From a virus: DNA of 64,000 nucleotides. Below are positions 45,036 to 53,092 of this stretch, piece after piece. Position 1 is the stretch's first letter; every line of letters starts with the position of its first letter. The DNA lies in the IMG/VR virus record IMGVR_UViG_3300028024_000105, positions 1 to 64,000 of that record; one strand, 5' to 3'. The notes under the pieces are model-generated. The model was not told the origin of the DNA. It saw only the letters and a list, made by a program, of their open reading frames with translations, and did not search any database. The position numbers were made by a program, and so were the translations under genes.

Positions 45036-45947
45036 TCACGCCGGAGTCCTCATTCGCCGAGCAAGGCTGACAAACGCGTACGCTGACTGGAGAGGTACGA
45101 CTCCGTTTCCGGCGCATCGAATCCGGTCCAGCCAATCGGCCATCCCATCATCCACTCCCAGAACAACGGGTTCTGTCCCAACTGGGAATAGAGAGAGGTC
45201 GGAATCGGGTCGAGGGGGGAATAGGGGTCCGTAGTCTCCCACTCCTCTATCGGAGGGCACGGACAGTCCGCCACATGATCCCCCCGATGGAGCGTGCACA
45301 GGAAATCCTCGCACATCTCGCAGCGCGTCCAAGGCGCGAAGCGCTTGCGGAACGCCCACGCGGCCCTGTCGAGCTGATCGAATTGCGGAACCCCCTCGCG
45401 CATGATCGTCGCCGGGGAGCCCTTCCAGTCGCGTGCGGCCGGAGTCGGCCAGAATGAACAGCCTTTCTCTTCGGTGCGGCGCGCCGACTTCGCGCGCGCT
45501 GAAGATTCCCGCTTCAACTCGGTAACCCAGCTCTCGAAGGTCTCGCCAGACGACGTCGAGCCCGAGGTTGACGTGTCCTGGGACGTTCTCGAAGAAGCAC
45601 CGGGGGGGGCGAATCTCCGCGATGATGCGCTTGATGAAGGGCCAGAGATGTCGCTCGTCGTCGGTTCCTTTTCGGTCGCCGATGAGGCTGAACGGCTGGC
45701 AGGGGTAGCCGCCAGAGAGGAGATCCACTCGGTCGCGGTACGGGCGGCCGTCGAAGGTTGAGACATCGTCCCAAACAGGAGCATGATCCAAGACCTGGTC
45801 TGCCATCCGGGCCACGAGAGTGGCTGCAGCGTAGGCTTCCCGCTCAACGTAACCCACGCACCGGTATCGCTCTCCAAGAGCGACTTTGAGTCCGAGTTCG
45901 AGGCCACCAACCCCGGCACATAGAGCCAGCCCATTCAACATCTCCAC
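45036..45947 (-). CDS. C5-cytosine DNA methyltransferase, alpha chain (motifs I-VIII and X)
   Basis: LCAGVGG, GGYPCQPFS, FENVPG, HRRERLF, RIRCAGNGVVP. Confidence 0.92.
   Translation of the reverse strand: MEMLNGLALCAGVGGLELGLKVALGERYRCVGYVEREAYAAATLVARMADQVLDHAPVWDDVSTFDGRPYRDRVDLLSGGYPCQPFSLIGDRKGTDDERHLWPFIKRIIAEIRPPRCFFENVPGHVNLGLDVVWRDLRELGYRVEAGIFSAREVGAPHRRERLFILADSGRTRLEGLPGDDHARGGSAIRSARQGRVGVPQALRALDALRDVRGFPVHAPSGGSCGGLSVPSDRGVGDYGPLFPPRPDSDLSLFPVGTEPVVLGVDDGMADWLDRIRCAGNGVVPLQSAYAFVSLARRMRTPA
45050..45934 (-). CDS. Overlapping alternative-frame MTase beta chain (TRD plus motif IX)
   Basis: WPTPAARDWKG and QNPLFWEWMMGWPIGWT; stop-free across the alpha gene; true start uncertain. 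Confidence 0.75.
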   Translation of the reverse strand: MGWLYVPGLVASNSDSKSLLESDTGAWVTLSGKPTLQPLSWPGWQTRSWIMLLFGTMSQPSTAARTATEWISSLAATPASRSASSATEKEPTTSDISGPSSSASSRRFAPPGASSRTSQDTSTSGSTSSGETFESWVTELKRESSARAKSARRTEEKGCSFWPTPAARDWKGSPATIMREGVPQFDQLDRAAWAFRKRFAPWTRCEMCEDFLCTLHRGDHVADCPCPPIEEWETTDPYSPLDPIPTSLYSQLGQNPLFWEWMMGWPIGWTGFDAPETESYLSSQRTRLSALLGE

Positions 45948-45959
45948 GGCAGCGCCGCT

Positions 45960-46478
45960 CTAGGTCTCGAGGTCGAAGGCGTTGCCGGAGAAGAAGCCCT
46001 GGATCTTGCCGATCAGCGGGCCTTCGTAGGTTCGCAGGTCGACGCCGGACTCCATGAACATCACACGGACTCGCTTCGCCTGCTCGGCCCACTTCGTGTC
46101 GGCGCCGACGTAGCGCTCGTCCCAGCGCTTGTCGACGACCACTTCGTAGATTCCGGCTTGGATGATGGCGCGAGCGCAGTCGGCGCACGGCGTGCCGATG
46201 GTGTACATCGTGCGTCCGCGCGTCTTGATGCCGTTCCGCGCGGCCTGATAGATCGCGTTCCGCTCGGCGTGCTCGTACCAGAGGTACTTCTCCGGCCGCT
46301 CGTTCCGCTCGGGGACGTCGTCGTTGACGTGGACCGGCATGCCGTTGTAGCCGGTCGAGATGATCTCGTGCTCGTAACCGATCAGCACTGCGCCGATGTG
46401 CGTGCTCGGGTCCTTGCTCTTCTGAGCAACGAAGTACGCCAGCGACATCAGGTAGGAGTCCCAGTCGATCTTGTTCAT
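45960..46478 (-). CDS. dCMP deaminase (ComEB family), leaderless
   Basis: SKDPST.IGA, TGYNG, HAERNAI, PCADC. Confidence 0.93.
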   Translation of the reverse strand: MNKIDWDSYLMSLAYFVAQKSKDPSTHIGAVLIGYEHEIISTGYNGMPVHVNDDVPERNERPEKYLWYEHAERNAIYQAARNGIKTRGRTMYTIGTPCADCARAIIQAGIYEVVVDKRWDERYVGADTKWAEQAKRVRVMFMESGVDLRTYEGPLIGKIQGFFSGNAFDLET

Positions 46479-46527
46479 GTTCCGTAGGACGCCTGGTCGC
46501 GGGAATGTCGAATCGGTCCAAGCCGGT

Positions 46528-46761
46528 GTGAAGAAGTTCATCGACGTCGATCAGCAGGCCATCGCGCGGCGGGACCCGTGCCCGATCAACGTGCGCGTGG
46601 GCGCGCTACACCTGCGCGCGTCGTTCGTGGACGTCCTGGGCGCAGTGCAGGCCCGGTGCGACTACGAGCGGCCCTGCTCGTTCGGCGCTCGCGTGTGGGT
46701 GGAGACCGAAGGGCCGGTTGTGTTCTGGGATTCGTCAGGAGAGCCGACGCTTCTTTCCTGA
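46528..46761 (+). CDS. Small phage protein (..GARVWVET family), leaderless
   Basis: GTG 5 nt after GTCCAAG. Confidence 0.6.
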   Translation: MKKFIDVDQQAIARRDPCPINVRVGALHLRASFVDVLGAVQARCDYERPCSFGARVWVETEGPVVFWDSSGEPTLLS

Positions 46762-46790
46762 AATGCTCGGGACGGCGCGTCCTACGAAAC

Positions 46791-47030
46791 GAGCGAGAAG
46801 CCGACGTAACCCGGGGCTGCACCTGTACGTAGCTGCGCACCGTACAGCAGGGCCTGCCAATACCGGGGTACATCGCTCAAAGACAGCTCGTCGGGCGCGA
46901 ACGCGGGCGAAAACGGCCGTAGCGTGACAGCCGGAGAGACGGCAAAAATTCGCCCTGGTGGTGGCTTTCTGCTGCTTCACCACCTTCGCCGCGTTGGAAG
47001 CCGAGCAGCGTCACGACGCGGACAGGGTTG
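46791..47030 (+). ncRNA. Putative structured ncRNA(s)
   Basis: Predicted TSS G46791 equals the first base of closing stem GAGCGA/TCGCTC(46873-78); further hairpins to about 47030. Confidence 0.55.
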
Positions 47031-47055
47031 GAATCGTGGAAACGGAGTAGTGGTC

Positions 47056-47250
47056 ATGGGCGTCCCATCAACCGATGCCAAACCACCGTGCAGCGAATGC
47101 GGGAAGCCCTCCATTTCGATGTGTCCGTACTGCAAGCTCTACGTCCATCAGGGTTTCGGCCTACACAACGGCAACTGCAGCGGAAAGCACGAGGCCAAGT
47201 GCTCCGGGGCTCGATGGTCCCGCGATTCCGACCAGTCCAAGCAGGTGTGA
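47056..47250 (+). CDS. Small Zn-finger protein
   Basis: CSEC..CPYC..H..C..H..C; GGAG SD. Confidence 0.55.
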   Translation: MGVPSTDAKPPCSECGKPSISMCPYCKLYVHQGFGLHNGNCSGKHEAKCSGARWSRDSDQSKQV

Positions 47251-48173
47251 TCCATCTCCAGCGTCCGGACGACTTTCTGAAGGACTACGACGAGTCCAAG
47301 CACCCGCGCGACGAGCGCGGACGTTGGGCATCGGGCGGCAGCGGAGGGGCATCGAGTCCGGACATCTCGCCTGGCTCGCGCACCCTCCCTTCCGTCATGC
47401 GGGAGGCGAGCGGACACCCCAACAAGGTGGACATCGAGCGCCTGGGCGACGAGACCACGAGCGTCGGCACGGTCTACAAGGCCACCTTCAAGGACGGCAG
47501 CAAGGCCGTCTACAAACCCGAGAAGGGGAACGGCTACACGACCACGGGCTTGGACGAGCAGGACAACGAAGTTCAGGTCAAGCTCCGGCGCGACATGGAC
47601 ACCAGCGTGCCCCAGTACAAGAAGGAGCTGGCCACGATGGAGATTGACCGGGAACTCGGATTCAACCGAGTGCCGCACGTTGAGGTCGTGGATTACGGCC
47701 ACGGGCTCGGGCATGCGCAGGCGTTCATCGAGGGCGAGGTCGCGGCCAATGTCGACTACAACACGGTGTCCAACGACGTGTTGACGGGCGCGAGCATGCA
47801 GCAGGTCGCAGCCCTAGACATGATCACCGGGAACACGGACCGGCACTTCGGAAACTTCATGCTGGGCCGGGACGACGATCAGTGGTACGCCATCGACAAC
47901 GGTCTGACGTTCCCCGACAAGAACGGCCAGTTCAACAGCGTGCCGGTCCGGACGTTGGGCAAGGGCGGTGTCTCGATCCACGAGAGCGTGAAGGCGTCGC
48001 TCGCGAAGTTCACGCCGGAGAAGCTCGACGTCATCATGTCGCGCAACGGTATCGGCAAAGCCGCGCGCGAGCAGGCGAAGGCTCGCCTGAACATATTGAA
48101 GACCAAGAGTACCTGGACGGGCGTGGCGCATGAGATGATCGCCTACAACCCCTCAAATGGAATTGAGTTCTGA
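47247..48173 (+). CDS. HPR-tagged PI3/4K- or HipA-like kinase effector
   Basis: YDESKHPRDERGRW; AVYKP, E, GNTDRHFGNF, AIDNGLTF. Confidence 0.8.
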   Translation: MIHLQRPDDFLKDYDESKHPRDERGRWASGGSGGASSPDISPGSRTLPSVMREASGHPNKVDIERLGDETTSVGTVYKATFKDGSKAVYKPEKGNGYTTTGLDEQDNEVQVKLRRDMDTSVPQYKKELATMEIDRELGFNRVPHVEVVDYGHGLGHAQAFIEGEVAANVDYNTVSNDVLTGASMQQVAALDMITGNTDRHFGNFMLGRDDDQWYAIDNGLTFPDKNGQFNSVPVRTLGKGGVSIHESVKASLAKFTPEKLDVIMSRNGIGKAAREQAKARLNILKTKSTWTGVAHEMIAYNPSNGIEF

Positions 48174-48180
48174 GGGCACA

Positions 48181-48435
48181 ATGCTTCGAGGCGTTCGAGT
48201 CAAGGTCCTGGAGTCACGGGGGCAGCGCACCCTCTCCGAGTACATGCTCGCGGGAGACCGCGCAGTCCTGACGTCCGGCAAGCCCATCCCGACCCTTTCG
48301 ATCTCCGCTGCCGATGCCGCCCTAGCCCCCGGCCTGGTCGCCCGCGTCTACACGCCCGACGACGGCAAGTGGTTCCTCCGTGCGCTGCTCGTCACCTTCA
48401 AATCCGGCTCTCGGATGCTGGCCGAGCGCTTCTAG
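48181..48435 (+). CDS. Small protein downstream of kinase (possible immunity/partner)
   Basis: GAGG SD; TP.DG..FL.AL...F..S motif. Confidence 0.55.
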   Translation: MLRGVRVKVLESRGQRTLSEYMLAGDRAVLTSGKPIPTLSISAADAALAPGLVARVYTPDDGKWFLRALLVTFKSGSRMLAERF

Positions 48436-48455
48436 CCCGACCGGTCCAAGGGTAC

Positions 48456-49271
48456 GTGATCCATTTCACGTATCCGGACGGCTACTTCGAGAAGCGGCGC
48501 GACCTGACCATCGGAAAGGTCGGTTACTGGGACGAACAGCAGCATCCGCGCGCCGAGGACGGCAAGTTCACGGACGGATCTGGCGGCGCCACGTCGAGCG
48601 ACGGTCCGGGTATCCCGAGTTCGGCCGCAGGTGCGGCGCTCGTGAGTCGGGCCGGACAGATGCCCAACTACGAGAGCGTCGCCGACTTTGCGGCGGCTCG
48701 AGAGTACATGGGCAAGCTGGGCACGAACCTGCTGGTGCTGAACGGTGCGAATCCCTCAGACGTTCGTGTCGCGATGCAGTCGACACGTGACTTCATTGAG
48801 AAGACCGGCCTGTCGCCCGAGCGTCTGTACGTGACAACCGACCAATTTATGGTCGACCGCTTCGGCGCACCCACGGCAGACTTGGCTCAGGCTCTGTACG
48901 ATCCGCAGACCCGTGCTGTCATGTCGTCGAAGCTGACCGCACTTTCGGCGAAGCCTACTCAGCCCGGCGGATTCACCATCGGCGAGGACGGATTCAACGA
49001 GGCGCAGACGGCTCTGTGGCACGAGTTCGGTCACTCCGTGCACTTCACGGCCCACGTGGGTTCGCCTGGTCGAGTCCCGCCCAATTTCCGAGGGGCGGTA
49101 GAATCGCATTTGGTTGGAACGTTCAAGGCTCAGGGCATGTCAGACTACGGAGTGACCATGCGAGCCGAGTTCGTGGCCGAGTACGTGTCCGGCCGCATGA
49201 TGGGCCGCAAGTTCGGACCGGCGGTCCACGAGGCGTATATCCGATACGGTGGCCCGAAGTTGGGAGACTAA
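48456..49271 (+). CDS. HPR-tagged zincin-like metallopeptidase effector
   Basis: WDEQQHPRAEDGKF; HEFGH...S.YG....EFVAE. Confidence 0.75.
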   Translation: MIHFTYPDGYFEKRRDLTIGKVGYWDEQQHPRAEDGKFTDGSGGATSSDGPGIPSSAAGAALVSRAGQMPNYESVADFAAAREYMGKLGTNLLVLNGANPSDVRVAMQSTRDFIEKTGLSPERLYVTTDQFMVDRFGAPTADLAQALYDPQTRAVMSSKLTALSAKPTQPGGFTIGEDGFNEAQTALWHEFGHSVHFTAHVGSPGRVPPNFRGAVESHLVGTFKAQGMSDYGVTMRAEFVAEYVSGRMMGRKFGPAVHEAYIRYGGPKLGD

Positions 49272-49272
49272 G

Positions 49273-49392
49273 ATGACGCCGAACAAGCCGTTGACCCCCG
49301 AGCAGGTCCAGCAGGTCTGGGACAAGATCGAGCAGGCCAAGCCCGATCTGCCCGAGAACTCCAAGGACAAGCCGGACCAGCCCAAGCCATAG
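49273..49392 (+). CDS. 39-aa peptide downstream of peptidase
   Basis: GGGAG SD; MTPNKPLTPEQVQQVWDKIEQ... Confidence 0.45.
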   Translation: MTPNKPLTPEQVQQVWDKIEQAKPDLPENSKDKPDQPKP

Positions 49393-49400
49393 TCAGCAGA

Positions 49401-49457
49401 CCTTTCTGTTCTAACCCCGCCGGGAACTTATCGAGACCCGGCGGGGTTTTTTATTTT
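49401..49457 (+). terminator. Intrinsic terminator with anti-leader prefix and conserved loop
   Basis: CCTTTCTGTTC, 12-bp stem, loop AACTTATCGAGA, U tract. Confidence 0.85.
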
Positions 49458-49529
49458 CTATATTCCGAATCATTCAAGATCCCTTCGACCGCGCGTCCTA
49501 CGGGACATGACGGTAGAAAGGAAAGAGGA

Positions 49530-50381
49530 ATGACCATCGAAGTTCGAACCAAGGCACAATTCGAGGCCGCGCTCAAGATTCCCAACTCCATCATCGACAT
49601 CCTGGAGGGCATCTACGAGCTGGTGACGTACGGAAGCGAGGCTCCGTTCATCCGGCTGTTCGGCAAGGCCGAACTGACCGTCGAGGCGCGGGGATCGTCC
49701 CAGCCGCGCGTCGAGGCGTGGGGATCGTCCCAGCCGCGCGTCGAGGCGTGGGGATCGTCCCAGCCGCGCGTCGTGGCGTGGGAATCGTCCCAGCCGCGCG
49801 TCGAGGCGTGGGGATCGTCCCAGCCGCGCGTCGAGGCGTGGGAATCGTCCCAGCCGCGCGTCGTGGCGTGGGAATCGTCCCAGCCGCGCGTCGAGGCGTC
49901 CGGTTTCGTGCAGCTTTCGCTTCTCGGCAAGATCGTCGCGAAAGCTGCAGCGAAGGTCGCCGTGCTGATCGAGGGTGACGGCCCGAAGGTCACGGGCGGG
50001 AAGCAGATCCGCCGCCAGCTCTTCAAGAACGGGAAGGGATGGTGCGAGTATTACGGAGTCCCGGTCAAGGCAGGGAAGGCCATCGTGTTCAAGGCCCTCG
50101 ACAAGGACCTTCGGAGCAGTCACGGTCTCGTCTATCCGGTCGGCGCGACCGTCAAGAGCGACGGCTGGAACAAGAACGAGTGCGATCAGGGACTCCACTT
50201 CATCCCTACGCCCAAGATGGGATACGAGTTCGCGCCGGAGGCCGAGCGGTTCGTCGCGTGTGAAGTCGCCGTGAAGGACATGCTCGTCTTCTCCACCGGC
50301 TCGTACCCGAACAAGGCGAAGGCTCCGGAGTGCAAGGTCCTCTACGAGTGCAACGACGACGGCGAGGAGATCAAGAAGTAG
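49530..50381 (+). CDS. Phage protein with 10-aa beta-repeat region
   Basis: (E/V)AW(G/E)SSQPRV repeats; C-terminal FKA...Y.VG...C..GLHF...K.KA domain. Confidence 0.8.
   Translation: MTIEVRTKAQFEAALKIPNSIIDILEGIYELVTYGSEAPFIRLFGKAELTVEARGSSQPRVEAWGSSQPRVEAWGSSQPRVVAWESSQPRVEAWGSSQPRVEAWESSQPRVVAWESSQPRVEASGFVQLSLLGKIVAKAAAKVAVLIEGDGPKVTGGKQIRRQLFKNGKGWCEYYGVPVKAGKAIVFKALDKDLRSSHGLVYPVGATVKSDGWNKNECDQGLHFIPTPKMGYEFAPEAERFVACEVAVKDMLVFSTGSYPNKAKAPECKVLYECNDDGEEIKK
49681..49899 (+). repeat. 30-bp tandem repeat, about 7.3 copies
   Basis: tcg(a/t)ggcgtggg(g/a)atcgtcccagccgcgcg. Confidence 0.97.
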
Positions 50382-50388
50382 ATCAACG

Positions 50389-50442
50389 CCCTTTTCTTTC
50401 AACCCCGGCGATGCATCCAAGTGTCGCCGGGGTTTTTCTTTT
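50389..50442 (+). terminator. Intrinsic terminator
   Basis: AACCCCGGCGA/TCGCCGGGGTT plus U tract. Confidence 0.85.
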
Positions 50443-50484
50443 CCCACCGTTCGAATTGTGTTTCGTCACCGCGTCTGACGGAGC

Positions 50485-50970
50485 ATGCAAGCGACCCTGG
50501 ACGCGCGGCGCATCCGGCTGACGGCGCCGCCGAGCCATTCGTCCGAGGGTACACCGCCGGTTCTCCTAGACGGCGTCGTGATTGGTCGAGCCCGGCGAAG
50601 CACCAGCCGACTGGTGTTCGGGTACGGCCGGTACATCGTGAAGGTCGGCCACCAGAGCAGGAACGAAGTCGAAGTCTGGGATGGGCTTCCCGATGTAGAC
50701 CGGCCGTACTTCGCGGCCCCAGTGGCGTGGGGGACCGTTGAAGGCGACGTCGAGCGCCGTTGGTGGGTCGCCCAGCGCGTGCTCCCGATCAAGCGTGCCC
50801 TTCAGTGCTACAGCCTGGCCGAGTGGCAGACCGCCTGGGAGGAACTCTATCCCGTGCTTCTGCGCAACGACATCCGCGACGTGCTGTTCGACGAGGTCAT
50901 CGGCATGCCGCGTCCGCACAACTGGACCATCGTCGATGACGCTCCTGTCGTGTTCGATTACGCTTCGTAG
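50485..50970 (+). CDS. Small protein-kinase-like fold protein
   Basis: R.VF...IVK...NEVEVW...D.....N.....PVVFDY. Confidence 0.55.
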   Translation: MQATLDARRIRLTAPPSHSSEGTPPVLLDGVVIGRARRSTSRLVFGYGRYIVKVGHQSRNEVEVWDGLPDVDRPYFAAPVAWGTVEGDVERRWWVAQRVLPIKRALQCYSLAEWQTAWEELYPVLLRNDIRDVLFDEVIGMPRPHNWTIVDDAPVVFDYAS

Positions 50971-50982
50971 CCGGAGACCGAA

Positions 50983-51195
50983 ATGATCCACAGCGTGCAG
51001 ATGCGTCCGTTGCTGAAAGGCGAAGCCTATCCGCCGGAAACCCGGGACATGAACCGGACGCCGCCGAAGCCCGCGCGATGCGAGGGATGCAAGGCGGTCC
51101 ACACGCCGCGCGACCCGCTCTTCAAGGCGACGCCGATGATGGCGCCAGAGTTCATCACGTGCTGGTACTGCTTCCAGATGGGGAAGTCGGGCTAG
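50983..51195 (+). CDS. Small Zn-finger protein
   Basis: CEGC...CWYC; GGAG SD. Confidence 0.5.
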   Translation: MIHSVQMRPLLKGEAYPPETRDMNRTPPKPARCEGCKAVHTPRDPLFKATPMMAPEFITCWYCFQMGKSG

Positions 51196-51416
51196 CTGTA
51201 CTGCTCCGCGTAGGGCTGCAGAGCCTGGATCACGGTAGGTGGGATGTCGATCTCTTCGGTACCGCTGGTCGTGCCCACTTCGAGGGCGAAGGCGAGGGAC
51301 GCCGACTCTCGTCCGCCCGGTGCGAAGACGAACCCCTGGTACTCGCCGGGCTCGCGAGTCGATCCGTCCAGTTCCATCCACCACCCCAAGGGCAGCCTGA
51401 TCTTCTTGTTGGCCAT
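51192..51416 (-). CDS. Hypothetical protein
   Basis: Class-A promoter and CAGAAAGGA SD on minus strand. Confidence 0.6.
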   Translation of the reverse strand: MANKKIRLPLGWWMELDGSTREPGEYQGFVFAPGGRESASLAFALEVGTTSGTEEIDIPPTVIQALQPYAEQYS

Positions 51417-51549
51417 CGTCGTGTCCTTTCTGTTCATGTAGGTAAGACGCCGAGGGCTCTCGTTCGTTACCGGGAATGCAGATAATCGCATTCCGTGTAA
51501 CAGTCATGCAGGTTTGGCGTCTCACTCATGTGAACAGAAAGGAGATCGG

Positions 51550-52998
51550 ATGAACTGGTTCGAGGTCGACAAGAAGGGCCTAGCCAATCTGCTGGGACGC
51601 CGGGGCAAGGCGTTCCTCGTGCACGAGCTGGTCCAGAACGCCTGGGACACGAACGCGACGCGCGTCGACGTGAACCTCGTGTCGCTGCCCGGCCGCAAGC
51701 TGGCCCGGCTGACCGTGGAAGACGACGACCCGGAGGGCTTCAAGGACATCTCGCACGCCTTCACGCTCTTCGCGGAGTCCGCCAAGAAAGGCGACGCCGA
51801 GAAGCGTGGGCGCTTCAACCTTGGCGAGAAGCTCGTCCTCGCGCTCTGCAAAGAGGCGAAGATCACGACGACGACCGGAGGGGTCAAGTTCAGCGACAAG
51901 GGGCGCCAAGTGATCGGCGCCACGACCATGTCCGGTTCCATCTTCGAAGCCCTGATCCCGCTGACCGACGCCGAGTTGGGCGAGATGACCAAGTCGGTCG
52001 CGTGTCTGATCCCGCCCGCCGGGATCGCCACGTTCTACAACGGCGACGCGCTCCTGGAGCGCATGCCGCTCCACGAGTTCGAGATCACGCTCCCGACGGA
52101 GATCGCCAACGCCGAGGGCCAGCTCCGGCGGACCGAGCGCAAGACCAAGGTGCAGGTCTTCGATCCGCAGGATGGAGAGCAGGCCAGCATCTACGAGATG
52201 GGCATCCCCATCGTCGAGACCGAGGACAAGTGGCACTACAACGTGCTGCAGAAGGTCCCGCTCAACATGGATCGGGACAACGTGACGCCGCACTACCTCA
52301 AGACGGTGCGCGCGGCCGTGCTGAACGCCATGCACGAGAAGCTCACGCCCGAGGACGCCAGCACCCCGTGGGTGCGCGAGGGCGCGGCCGACGAGAACGC
52401 CACCAAGGAAGCCACCGAGAAGGTGATGGACCTTCGCTTCGGGAAGAAGCGCGTCATCTTCGACCCCTCCGACCTGGAGGGCAACAAGCTCGCCGTGTCC
52501 GAAGGCTACACCGTGATTCCGCCCCGGTCCCTGAACAAGGACGAGTGGGACAACGTCCGCAAGCACGACCTAGCAAAGCCCGCCGGGCAGGTCACGCCGT
52601 CGCCCAAGCCCTACTCGCCCGAGGGCGACCCGCTCAAGATCCTGCCCGAGCTGGAGTGGACCGACCCCATGAAGCGGGTGGCCGAGTACGCGCGCTGGCT
52701 CGCGCAGGAGCTGCTGGGGAACAACCGCCTGCACGTGATCATCGCGCGCGAGGCAACGTGGCCTTACGGCGCGACCTACGGCATGGATCAGTTGACCCTC
52801 AACCTGGGCCGACTGGGGCACGACTGGTTCAAGTCGGTCGGCCAGCACACGGATCGCTTGCTGATCCATGAGTTCGGGCACCACTACGCGGCGGACCACC
52901 TGTCGAAGGAATACTACGATGCCCTGTGCAAGCTCGGCGCGAAGATGACGGCCTTGGCCCTGCAGTACCCGGAGGTCTTCAAGGGTTTCCGGATCTGA
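51550..52998 (+). CDS. GHKL ATPase with C-terminal HExxH metallopeptidase-like domain
   Basis: ELVQNAWD, EDDDPEG, RGRFNLGEK; LLIHEFGH. Confidence 0.8.
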   Translation: MNWFEVDKKGLANLLGRRGKAFLVHELVQNAWDTNATRVDVNLVSLPGRKLARLTVEDDDPEGFKDISHAFTLFAESAKKGDAEKRGRFNLGEKLVLALCKEAKITTTTGGVKFSDKGRQVIGATTMSGSIFEALIPLTDAELGEMTKSVACLIPPAGIATFYNGDALLERMPLHEFEITLPTEIANAEGQLRRTERKTKVQVFDPQDGEQASIYEMGIPIVETEDKWHYNVLQKVPLNMDRDNVTPHYLKTVRAAVLNAMHEKLTPEDASTPWVREGAADENATKEATEKVMDLRFGKKRVIFDPSDLEGNKLAVSEGYTVIPPRSLNKDEWDNVRKHDLAKPAGQVTPSPKPYSPEGDPLKILPELEWTDPMKRVAEYARWLAQELLGNNRLHVIIAREATWPYGATYGMDQLTLNLGRLGHDWFKSVGQHTDRLLIHEFGHHYAADHLSKEYYDALCKLGAKMTALALQYPEVFKGFRI

Positions 52999-53003
52999 AC
53001 TAG

Positions 53004-53060
53004 CCTTTCTGTTCTGACCCCCGGCAGGAATTTATCGAGACCTGCCGGGGGTTCTTTTTT
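53004..53060 (+). terminator. Intrinsic terminator, paralog of the 49401 element
   Basis: CCTTTCTGTTC, 13-bp stem, loop AATTTATCGAGA, U tract. Confidence 0.85.
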
Positions 53061-53092
53061 CGACATTCCTGCATCGGCGCGTCCTACGGAGC

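Noticed and set aside
49681-49899. CRISPR array or DGR template/variable repeat
   Set aside because: Contiguous in-frame units with no spacers; no cas or reverse transcriptase gene in the window
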